DNA of 56,962 nucleotides from Octopus bimaculoides. Lineage: Eukaryota. The notes beneath the pieces were generated by a model. The model was not told the origin of the DNA. It ran no database searches and saw only the letters and a list, made by a program, of their open reading frames with translations. Made by a program: the position numbers and the translations under genes. The first letter of the stretch is position 1. The number at the start of each line of letters is the position of its first letter. Below, piece by piece: positions 46,613 through 56,962 of the stretch. Where the stretch lies: positions 74,204,738 through 74,261,699 of the forward strand of contig NC_068988.1 of NCBI RefSeq assembly GCF_001194135.2, read 5' to 3'.

Positions 46613-46785
46613 TCATCATCATCATCATCATCATCGTTTAACGTCCGCCTTCCATGCTAGCATAGGTTGGACGATTTGACTGAGGACTGGTGAAACCGGA
46701 TGGCAACACCAGGCTCCAATCTAATTTGGCAGAGTTTCTACAGCTGGATGCCCTTCCTAACGCCAACCACTCAGAGTGTAGTGCT
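46613..46785 (-). mobile_element. RTE-type 3' end with (GAT)n tail
   Basis: (CAT)n followed by CGTTTAACGTCCGCCTTCCATGCTAGCAT...CCCTTCCTAACGCCAACCAC; the reverse complement of the element ending near 54785. Confidence 0.8.
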
Positions 46786-48161
46786 AACTTAAACAAAACA
46801 ATTTATTATTAGTGCTTTGTGTGAGTGGGACCATTTAAACTTGTAAAAAAAAGAGGGAGACAGGAAGAGAGAAAGGAATATAGAATGGGAGTAATGAAGA
46901 GAGAGAAAGAAAAGAAGGGAAAACGGAAGACAGTTATAAGATAGCAACGCATGTGCGTGTTTGTATAATAAACACACACAAAGTAAATCTTATATCTATA
47001 ATGTTGATGTGTGTATGTGTTTATGTGTGTTGTTGTCACAGATCACGTATGTGTGGTTGTGTGTTTTTACGTTTCTATATCATGAAAAATATGTTAGAGG
47101 TAGAGGAAAGGTATTAAATGAGAGAGAGGAAGAAGAAGTAAGAGTGAAAAGGTAAACCAAGTTAATCTATGACTTTGTATGTATCACTTTCTCTCTCTCT
47201 CTCTCCCTCTTTTACTCTTACTCTCTATATTATATGTTGAACGCGTGATCGATGTGTAAGAACGCTGTTACAGGTAGAAGGGAAGAAATATGAAAGTTGC
47301 TAGAAATAACAGCCAAATCTCCCTTAAATCACACAAAGTAAATGGAATTTAAAAAATCTAATCACTGCACTGGAAAGTTCACATCGAGAAAATTCCATTG
47401 ATGTAAAAAATTTTACGAAAAAGTGGAAAATGTGGATTTCTATAGATGCAACACACACACTCACAAACTCAGCTATACTATAGTTATAGATAATATCGTT
47501 AAAGGTTTTTTTATTAAGACTTAAGCTATATAAAGTTTAATCTTTCATTCATATTTTTATTTCTAATAAACCTTTAGTTCTGATTCTTACGTTTAAGTTT
47601 CAGTTTGAACTGCAACAACATTTTGATTAGTATAATTTTTACTNNNNNNNNNNNNNNNNNNNNNNNNNNNNNNNNNNNNNNNNNNNNNNNNNNNNNNNNN
47701 NNNNNNNNNNNNNNNNNNNNNNNNNNNNNNNNNNNNNNNNNNNNNNNNNNNNNNNNNNNNNNNNNNNNNNNNNNNNNNNNNNNNNNNNNNNNNNNNNNNN
47801 NNNNNNNNNNNNNNNNNNNNNNNNNNNNNNNNNNNNNNNNNNNNNNNNNNNNNNNNNNNNNNNNNNNNNNNNNNNNNNNNNNNNNNNNNNNNNNNNNNNN
47901 NNNNNNNNNNNNNNNNNNNNNNNNNNNNNNNNNNNNNNNNNNNNNNNNNNNNNNNNNNNNNNNNNNNNNNNNNNNNNNNNNNNNNNNNNNNNNNNNNNNN
48001 NNNNNNNNNNNNNNNNNNNNNNNNNNNNNNNNNNNNNNNNNNNNNNNNNNNNNNNNNNNNNNNNNNNNNNNNNNNNNNNNNNNNNNAGTATTTTATATAA
48101 ATTCATTTGGTATTTATTGTTGGTTGATATATACATTCATTTGTTATTATTTTTTGTATTT

Positions 48162-48267
48162 TGACCTGAAGATTAGCTATATTTTTGAATAGAATTGATT
48201 TTCGATAGTTTTAATCGATTTAAATTTCCTTCCTATTTGAAAATTAGTTATGAAACACATGTAGTCA
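48162..48267 (+). ncRNA. Type I hammerhead-ribozyme motif with an intact catalytic core
   Basis: TGAC-CTGAAGA (48166-48172)-TTAGCTA...TAGTTAT-GAAAC (48252-48256)-ACAT-GTA-GTCA. Stem I TGAC/GTCA, stem II TAGCTA/TAGTTA, GUA cleavage triplet. The inverted partner copy has the palindromic loop ACGT but a broken CUGANGA. Confidence 0.65.
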
Positions 48268-48424
48268 TTTTATTGTCTTTATCTCATGATATTTACTTTG
48301 TATTATATTATACTCATTTATTGTGCTTTTAATTATTAATTTTTCTATATGTGACAGTGGATTTTCATCGATGAGTTCATGAACCGTGGTTCTTTTCCCT
48401 AAAACTATACATACATACATACAT

Positions 48425-50690
48425 ATATATATATAATGGCTTCTGTAGAACCACTGAGCAGATAGAGGGAAAGAAAAATGAATTCTTCCAATCCTATGCC
48501 CTTATCAGACCACACATTGACACTCTTGATGTCATCATGGAAAACTACTGTGGCATGGCTGACAAGGATAGGGAAAACAAAACAAAAACCAGAAGTCTCT
48601 TTGATCCAGTGGTTCCTCAAAGGAATGGATCTCCCACCCCTGTGAATGACAAGGCTGATAAGGATAGGGAAGCTAAGGAAGCAGCAACCAGAAGCCCCTC
48701 TGTGCCAGTGGTCCTACAAAGGAATGGAGTCCTCACCCCATTGGACAACCAGAGGAATGCAAGTGCAACCACCAGAAAAGGAAGGAAAGAACATGAGCAC
48801 AAACATAAATAAGGGGAGAAAAAGGAAAAGGAAAAAATGAAATAATTAAAACTGAAACCCAAAACCACAAAACAAGAAACAAAAACATGGAGGCTCCGAT
48901 GGAATCCAAAACCCTAGAGCAGAGAAGAAATTTGGAGTGAACTCAAGGACCTGCAAAGCAAATCTTGGCATGGGAAGACGGCACAAACTGCCAGTTTGTT
49001 CACCCAAGATACCACCAAAACTACAGGGGCCTTAAGGAGAAATACTTCCCTGAGGAAAGGCACCAATTTCCACCACAGAAAATACATACAAATGCAGTGT
49101 GCTCTTCAGATGTTATGTGCAAGGCAACAGCTGAGCAAGAGTCTTTTTTGTGCAGGGTGCAAAAGATTTGTGCAGCAGCTGACCTGGCTACATCAAGCAT
49201 AAACAAGGAACCTTGCCCACCACTGTGCAAGACCACCACAATAAACAGACACAGAATGGCCTCCCCTAATGCCTGCACAGTCGTCATGCCAATATTTTTA
49301 CTAAATATTGGGGGCCTGTGGCATCACAACAACAAAAGCAAAATTTTTTTCCTGAGAGACCTTGCTGCATGCAATCAAGCCCTATGCATAGCACTTGTGG
49401 AAACTCATCTGAGCCCTGATATAGAGGATGCTGAAGTACACGTACCAAAATATACCATACTGTGAATAGACAGAAAGGAAAGGAGCCATGGTGGAGTTGC
49501 TGTATACATCTATGAAGACCTCACACCCCAGGTCATATTGTCATACTGAAATTCAGTATGTGACACTCTAATTGTATACATAAGACAACACAATATAGTC
49601 ATATGTAATGCATATCGCCCACCAGATGCTCCAAACCACGTAAGCAAGTTTGAAGATTGCCTCACAAGAATTAAAGAAATCCTCATGAAACTGGAACACC
49701 ATGTGAGCATATTTCTTATGAGTGATTTCAACTTCCCCAATGTCAAATGGCCCAAAGGCCTCATTACAAGCAAGCACAAGTGGAGTCCCTGCTCAACCTC
49801 ACCAATGCCCTATTTATAGAGCAAGTTGTACTCAGACAAACTAGGGCGAATAACATTTTGGATCTCTGCTCCACGAATAATATAGACATTGTTCATGATG
49901 TGAAAGTGACGCCAACATTAGTCTCGGATCACAACATAATAGGGCTGTCTATGTTTGGGCTGAAAGTAGCCAGAGACATACAGCCTAAAGGAAGCACCCA
50001 AAATCTCTCCAATCTGAACTTCCACAAAGCAGACTGGAAATCGATCCAAAAAGAGATCCTCAGACAGGATTAGTCAAAATGTTTCTCCACACCAGACATT
50101 GGCATGAAACTAGAATATTTCATGTCTTTTGTGCAAACCATATGCCAGAAATATGTCTCAGAGCAGAAGGCCATAGCAAATAGGAACAAGATTCCAAGGG
50201 AGAGGAAGATCCTCATGAGACAACAGACGAAGGTTGCAAATCATCTCAACCAACATCCCACAAGTAGCAAAAGGTCCTGCCTAAAAACAACACTGATGGA
50301 GATTGAAAAAAGCCCGCAACAATCCTATGTGAGGGAAAGAACATACAAAGAAGCCTGGGTTATAAAAAAACAATGGCCTTCTTTCATTACGCTGCAAGAT
50401 AGGACCCCCTCTTCCAAAAGGATGGCTCCCTCACAGATATTCCAACCAGGATCAGTGAGGTACTGAATGGCCAGTTCAAAAGTGTCTTTACCACCCCGTT
50501 GGAACACAGAGAAGTGAATAAACCAGTGGACCTCTTTCTTGCCTCACCTATAACCAGCGAGGCAGTTACGATGGAATGCATCGATATTAGCAAAGAAGAT
50601 TTACTACCAGCCATAGATGAGGTGGATGCAAACTCAACTGCTGGTCCTGATGGAATCCAAGAAATTCTCAAATACAGCTTGTTCACCTTT
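48425..50690 (+). mobile_element. CR1/L2-like LINE 5' portion (ORF1 remnant + APE endonuclease), ending before the RT
   Basis: LLNIGGL, IALVETHL, DRKERSHGGVAVYI, AYRPPDA, SDFNFPNVKW, NNILDL, VSDHNII are AP-endonuclease motifs; ...DEVDANSTAGPDGI just before the break. ORF1 zinc-finger-like GTNCQFVHP. Confidence 0.85.
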
Positions 50691-51439
50691 AGAATTCCGA
50701 AATAGCCGGTAGTATTCTTATGGTATGCTACCAATTCTAGTCTTAGGTATTCCTCATGTGTGAAAGTAAAAAGTAAAAGAGTCAAAAGTAAGAGTTAGTA
50801 CGGTTAGGCAGCTTTTTAATCACTGCAAATGTTTTGATACATACAGATCCTCGTATATACAGGATATAAAGTTAAGTTTAAATTAAATTATGTAACGATT
50901 TACCTGTATAAGAAGATCTATATGTATCTCCTCAGCGATACTCAGTTACTGTTTCCGTAAGTAAATTTAGATTTTCATGCTACAACATTCATGGCTTCTT
51001 CTTTGAAACTTACAAACGCTGACGGTTTCAATTTGCTTGGTATGAGTGTGTTATCACGTTCGACATGAGCTGCAATGTACACGTTGTCTGTTTATTTATT
51101 CAGTTTCAACATGTTATTCTGCACATGCCAAACTGTACCATTACGCAAAATACATTCATCCATTAGCCCATACTTATACAATCACTTACACACCGATATA
51201 CCATGCATCACTGAGTGTTTCCATACACACACACATACACTCACACGCAGACATGTACACACATGCATATATATAAAAAATATATGTACATATATTCAGA
51301 TGCACACACATATGGATGTGTGATGATGGTGGAGGATATTGACTCTTTACTTGTTTTTCTAAAATGCACCATAAATATCCGTCGAATGTAAATAATCCAA
51401 ATAATATACATAATTCCTCATCTCTTAAATATAGAACTG

Positions 51440-52447
51440 TATGCACCATAAATGTTCAATAATATTGAGATCTGGGGACTGTGGTGGCCAGATACGATGT
51501 TCAACTTCACTAGAATGTTCCTCGTGCCATTCAGTAACAACTTTAGCTGTGTGAACAGTTTTGCAACCATACGATGAATTTAATCAGGTAAAATGCTTAA
51601 ATAGTCTTGACTATTAATTCTGCCATGAAGGGAAACCACTGGGTCGGCGGATTTCCAAGATATAGACCCCCACCCCACCCCAGATCATCAGATCTTTCTC
51701 CATGTTTAACAGTTGGAAGAAGGCAATCTGAGTCAAATGCTTCTTTCGGCTGTCTCCACACGTATACTCAGCCAGTGGTCAGAAATAAGGTAATGGATGG
51801 TTCGTCCGAGAAAATAACATTCTTCCATTGCTCTAGGGACCAATTCTGTAGGTTTTTACTCCACTATGAACGCTTTGCAACGTTTGTTTTTGAAAGTAGT
51901 GGTTTTCTGATTGAAGCCCTCCAGTGAAATCCAGCTTTGTGCAGCCCCCAGCGAACAGTTTTTGTGGAAACTGGATTCTCAAGGTGGTCATTAAGCTCTG
52001 CACTAATTTTGGGAGTTGTACCTTTGTGATCCTTTCTAACAATTTGCGTAAGAGTCCGACAATCCTTATCTGAAAGTTTTGGTTTTCTTCCGGAGTTTTG
52101 TTTTGACAAGGAGGTTTTTCTCTCTTTCTCAAAGGCTGTCATTACTATCGAGACAGTACTTCTTGATGCACCAAACATTTCTGCTGTTTTTGTTATGCTA
52201 GCGTCTGCCATACAAGCACCAACAATTTGACCACTTTGAAAGTCCAATAGATCTGTCATTTTAATGAATTTTAATTACCATTTTCTGATGATATCTGAAA
52301 AGAAACAGCAATTTTAGAAAAATGTATTAAGCAACACTAATAATAAATCAAAAAAACAAAAATAAACAAGCTTTTGACGGTTTTATAGATATTTCAAAAT
52401 TATGATGCTATGATGCTAGGTGTTTCCATTATTTTGTCCAACCCTTG
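51440..52447 (-). mobile_element. Tc1-like transposon remnant
   Basis: MTDLLDFQSGQIVG...SGRKPKLSDKDCRTL...IRKPLLSKTNVAKR; VIFSDE and VKHG motifs. 5' TIR CAAGGGTTGGACAAAATAATGGAAACACC with TA at 52448-52449; the other TIR was not found. Confidence 0.88.
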
Positions 52448-53099
52448 TATATATATACACACAACAAGTATGGATGTCAATAGTTTATACACCAACGTGC
52501 ATGCGGATGCATATATATGTTTCTTTTTAAGTTATTTATTAGGGTATATAAATTAAAGTATATAAGAGCAAAAATATAATATAAAAACTAAAGAATGAAA
52601 ATTAAAATAAAATGAACAAAATAAAATAAAATAAACTGCATGAAAGTGAAATAAACTTATGTTCATGCGTATATTATATCGGTTTAAATGCATATATACA
52701 TATCAAATAAGTATGAATGTCTTTGTTTATGTATTATTGTATGTGTGTGTGTGTGTTTTCTTCCTAAGTAACTGTATTAATTTGTAAGTATTTATGCATA
52801 TTATAAAAGGTTATGAAAGTAATCATTTATATTTAAATATAAAAGTATGTTTATTATTTGTGTGAGCGTGTATGTTCATTTGCGCATTACTTGATATTTA
52901 TATTTAAATTCAAAAATAATGATAATAATCAATTAAAGCATATAAGAGTAAAAGTAAACGATTAAAATATATAATAGACTAAATAAATAAGGAAGCAGGA
53001 ATAAAGAATAAATAAAAATAAAGGTGAAATAAAATTTGTTTGTGTATGTATGCAAGTGTATTTCTGGTAGTAATTTTACTGTTCTCATACTTAGTGCAA

Positions 53100-54253
53100 G
53101 TTTTGAAAGTACAGTTTGATTTTAAGTTATTTCTTCAAAGCCATAATAGAAGTGGCAAAGGAGCATATTCAGCATATTTTGTTTTATGGGTTCAACAAAG
53201 GCAACAACACAACGGAAAGTGCAAGGAATATTAATGTGTGTGTGTGTGTGTTTTCTTTCTAAGTTACTATATGGGGATTGGACAATAAGCGTAAGCCAGT
53301 GTCAATGGTGGTTCCAGAAATTCCAAACCAGAAACTACATCCTAGAAGACGAGACTTATTCTGGAAGATTTGCAGAGCTTGACAAGGACGTCCTGCAAAC
53401 TCTGGTGAAACAAAATCCCATAACTGTTGAGGAACTAGCAGAGAAGCTTCGATTTGGTCATTCAACCATTCATCGACACTTGCATGCCATTTGAAAAGTC
53501 AGTAAATTGAGTCAATGGGTTCCTCACAAACTTTCCAAGTCTAATCATGCACAGAGAGTGAATGTGTGCTCTTCTTTGCTGTCACGTCTCACGAATGAAC
53601 TTTTTTGGGACTGAATGACTGGTGACGAGAAATGGGTTCTCTATAAAAATGTCAAGCACCGAAGACAGTGGGTAGGGAAGGGAGAAACACCACCACCTCA
53701 GGCTAAAGAAGGCCTTCACCTACTTAAAGTGTTATCTGTTTGGTGGGATATGAAAGGTTTAGTCCACTTTGAACTTTTAAACCCAAATCAAACGTTAACA
53801 AAGGAGATCTACTGCAAGCAGCGTAAGTCAGTACTAGAAGAAAAAATGACCATCTTTGGTTTCACAGTGAAAGGTGTTCTTCCACCAGCATAATGCTCAG
53901 CCACATACAGCAAGGATGACATTCCAAAGGCTGGAGCAGTTTGAATGGGAAACAATGCTCCACCTACCATATTCACCAGACATTTCCCCATCTGATTATC
54001 ATTTATTCCGCATACTTCAAAATCGTTTGGACGGAAAAAATATGAATTCTGTAGACAAAGTCAAAACAGTACTGGAGGAGTATTTTTCACCACGGACAAG
54101 TGAATTTTGGAAGAGGGGCCTTGCAAGTCTACCAGATAAATGGAAGAGCAGTGTAGAAAATGAAGAGTATATTTTAGACTAAAAAAGAACTTTATCTTAA
54201 TTTTGAAAAATAAGAGTATTAAAAAAACACATTATTTATGGGATGAGCCAATA
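53100..54253 (+). mobile_element. mariner (DD34D) transposon, pseudogenised
   Basis: Decayed start ATA at 53146 (EVAKEHIQHIL); WVPHKL, TGDEKW, HNAQPH and YSPDISPSDYHLF motifs. A (TG)n-containing insert near 53236-53270; 3' TIR CATTATTTATGGGATGAGCCAA + TA (54252-54253). Confidence 0.92.
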
Positions 54254-54429
54254 GATATAATGTCTGTTTTCCATGCTGACATGTGTTGGACAGTGCATCA
54301 CGATCTAACAAATCAGACGACATCACTGAGCTCCAATGTCTACTTTGGCTGGTTGCCCTTCATAACACCAACAACAATGAAGAAGTCTGATGCTCTTACA
54401 CACATCACTTTCGTGAACTTTTGTCAGTG

Positions 54430-54790
54430 AACAGGTCGCAGTTTCAAAGCAACAAAAATCTTTTGACTGTGGCAAGTGAAAAAACATTCGAGCGAGGTCA
54501 TTGCCAGTGCTGCTGGACTGGCTCCTGTGCAGGTGGCACGTAAAAAACACCATTTTGAGCATGGCCATTGCCAGTACTGCCAGACTGGCCCTTGTGCTGG
54601 TGGCACGTAAAAGCACCCACTACACTCTCGGAGTGGTTAGCGTTAGGAAGGGCATCCAGCTGTAGAAACTCTGCCAGATCAGATTGGAACCTGGTGCAAC
54701 CATCTGGTTCGCCAGTCCTCAGTCAAATCACCCAACCCATGCTAGCATGGAAGGCGGACGTATGATGATGATGATGATGATGATGACAAA
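54430..54790 (+). mobile_element. RTE-type 3' UTR with (GAT)n tail
   Basis: Internal direct repeats (TTGCCAGT.CTG..GACTGG...GTGGCACGTAAAA) ending GGAAGGCGGACGT(ATG)n. Confidence 0.8.
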
Positions 54791-56441
54791 TGAAATTTAA
54801 ATGTTAAAGTGAAACTAACTGTTTTTGTGTGTTCTTGAATGGCTTACAAACATCCTCCATGCTACAATTGTTTTTGTTTCAGCACACAATCTCAGAACAA
54901 GTCACTTGCTATGGAAGTGCATCTCCGTAATTTTTTTAAATCACTGTGGATAAATGCCAGCAATGACCTCAGGTTCTCCAATATTTTAATTTCTAAACAG
55001 AAACAATTGGAGGCAGGGAGTGGGGTTGCAAAAAAATTCATAATTTTTAAAATTTTCTTTTTTATAACGTATAAATGTATTATTTATGGGGGGAAAATAT
55101 TGAAAAACATCAATATGCAAGAGTGATAAAGAAACCAAGAGGGTTGTCTTTGGATGTGCTAGAAACACCACCAAAATCACCCTTAATCACTCACTTTTCC
55201 TTCTGAAAATATTAACGATTTTTTCATTTCATGTTTATTTCATTCATTGTTTGCAATGTTCTCTCTCTCACACACACACTNNNNNNNNNNNNNNNNNNNN
55301 NNNNNNNNNNNNNNNNNNNNNNNNNNNNNNNNNNNNNNNNNNNNNNNNNNNNNNNNNNNNNNNNNNNNNNNNNNNNNNNNNNNNNNNNNNNNNNNNNNNN
55401 NNNNNNNNNNNNNNNNNNNNNNNNNNNNNNNNNNNNNNNNNNNNNNNNNNNNNNNNNNNNNNNNNNNNNNNNGTACAAATTTTCATATCCATCTTCCTGA
55501 AAGTTATGAGGGGAAAAAAGTCAGATCGTGTGAATTTTCCAAAACTCCTCTCTCCACCCCCTCAGAAAAATTCTTTCCCATAAATTCCTATATACTCTGA
55601 AGCCACAACATCTAAGCGGTATTTGTAGAAAATTTTGTTAAAAAGTATCCATTTTTCTGGATGTCATGAGGCAACAAAGTCGGGGGTGTATACATCTGTA
55701 GTAATGCCCTTTTATTTATACGATTTTTTCATTTCATGTTTATTTCATTCATTGTTTGCAATGTTCTCTCTCTCACACACACACTGCAATGTTTACAGGT
55801 GGGCTACTGAACTGTAATCTCTATGTTGCTTTGAGGGGAAGGTAAAACTTCACAAATTACTTCTCCCTCTGCTGTTGGACTACCGTGATGTTTGTTTAAA
55901 AGACAGAAATTATGACTGATAAAATAAAGAAAGTAATATTTACTAAGCAAGTGAGCACTATTATACAAAGATAAAATATAAAAATTATTAGAACTGGGAA
56001 TCAAATGTGAAAATATTAACAAGGGGCTAGTGTTTTTAACGAAATTTTCCAGATAGATGGTGTAAATAACCCCTCTTTTTGCGTTGTTTGATAATTGTGA
56101 TTTGCTCTCACGAAAACGAATTTCTAGAACATTTCATTTAAAATACCAGTCAGTATTTTAAAGAAAGCTACCAGGGAAAAGATTCGATAGTTGAGGGGTA
56201 AGGGGCACATAGTTCTGTTGTTTTGCCGACTTTTGCCCATTTCAGATTTCAACAAGCGATATCTTAAATAAATCCAAAATAAAACAACGCAGGAAATATG
56301 TGGGAAATGATTCTCAGTAAGACACAGCAGACATTTATTACAGCAACATTGAAAGAAACTTATCTTGGAAGCTTCTCAAACCAAAATAATAGAAAATGTG
56401 AAAAGAGCAAGGTCAGGGTTAGAAAATATATCTTTTGTGCC

Positions 56442-56713
56442 TGTGGTGTTATGGGCTGTGATGAGCTATGTGTTGTTGGTGGAGAGAGATGAAGCAAACG
56501 GAAGTGAAGCCAGACCGGAAGGGCCAGACGGGAAGTCGGACACACGCGGTCGAAGGCCAGCACGTGGGGGGCAGTCAGAAGACAGACAGCTTACAAGAAA
56601 GACGTGTTTTGATCTGGAGCGATCGTTTACTTCACCGCGGTCGACAAGGTAAGGTCCAACGTTTTCATTCTGTCCTTTTGCTTCTTGTTGTCTTTTTCCT
56701 CCATCACACCACA
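56442..56713 (+). mobile_element. 5' LTR of a young Gypsy-type retrotransposon (272 bp)
   Basis: Terminal inverted motif TGTGGTGTTATGG...CCATCACACCACA, CpG-rich, immediately upstream of a gag ORF. Confidence 0.75.
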
Positions 56714-56756
56714 AGCTATTTCGGCCCATAAAAAAAATTTAAAAAAAAAAAAAATT

Positions 56757-56962
56757 ATGAGTGTAGTCCGGATTTCGAACGATATGATTAAACCGTTTTG
56801 CGGTGACACGGACGTGGTCGCGTGGCTAAAAAAGATGAAGCTGGTCGCGAAGCTCCATGGGATAGGCGACTTGGCAAGCTTTCTACTACTGTACTTAGAT
56901 GGTCCAGCGTTGGCGCTATTTTTAGAGATGGAAGAGAGGGACCAAGTTAGCGCGGAGAAAAT
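56757..56962 (+). CDS. Gypsy gag N-terminus (runs off the window)
   Basis: MSVVRISNDMIKPFCGDTDVVAWLKKMKLVAKLHGIGDLASFLLLYLDGPALALFLEMEERDQVSAEK is open to the window end and has the gag pattern 'F.G..DV..WL...L.G.AL'. Confidence 0.8.
   Translation, partial: MSVVRISNDMIKPFCGDTDVVAWLKKMKLVAKLHGIGDLASFLLLYLDGPALALFLEMEERDQVSAEK

Larger units (their letters stand above)
45620..48410. repeat. High-identity inverted repeat pair (~45620-45870 and ~48162-48410) bracketing ~2.3 kb
   Basis: ATAGTTTTAGGGAAAAGAACC..GTTCATGAACTCATCGATGAAAATCC vs GGATTTTCATCGATGAGTTCATGAACC..GGTTCTTTTCCCTAAAACTAT; only scattered mismatches over more than 200 bp. Confidence 0.9.

Noticed and set aside
12003-55600. Long ORFs spanning N runs (14100-14581, 37447-38274, 47605-48192, 55224-55600)
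   Set aside because: They are open only because of X codons in assembly gaps.
55222-55785. Direct repeat (TTTTCATTTCATGTTTATTTCATTCATTGTTTGCAATGTTCTCTCTCTCACACACAC) at ~55222 and ~55727
   Set aside because: One copy ends at an N gap, so it may be an assembly overlap or a trivial local duplication; not interpretable without long reads.
56722-56731. GGCCCATAA as a copia-type half-tRNA-iMet primer-binding site
   Set aside because: It is the tRNA-sense sequence, not its complement, on the element's strand, so it could not anneal the primer.

Overview
AT-rich, repeat-dense animal genomic DNA with several N gaps. It is most likely an octopus scaffold; this is inferred from the SINE/RTE repeat families and the C2H2-ZNF type, and was not verified. 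Two host genes are supported. (1) The last four visible coding exons of a + strand Mind bomb-2 (MIB2)-like protein at 1036-1211, 3882-4030, 28716-28787 and 29773-29993. They splice in frame and read last ankyrin region - C3HC4 RING - C-terminal Death domain, which is not the canonical MIB C-terminus; one intron is 24.7 kb and packed with transposons. (2) A - strand tandem C2H2 zinc-finger ORF at 38500-39264. The rest is decayed mobile DNA: Gypsy elements and solo LTRs (two nested insertions can be excised exactly), at least five Penelope-like (RT/GIY-YIG) remnants, RTE, R4/Dong-like and CR1-like LINEs, Tc1, mariner, pogo and piggyBac remnants, two MITEs with 8-bp target-site duplications (one carries telomere-type CCCTAA repeats), SINEs, and mini- and microsatellites. 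The most notable unexplained signals are a cluster of ORF-less fold-back palindromes whose arms carry hammerhead-ribozyme cores (40.5-48.4 kb), and a CpG-rich unassigned ORF inserted in a (TA)n tract inside a SINE (11573-12882). No database searches or folding programs were run, and many TE boundaries are approximate.
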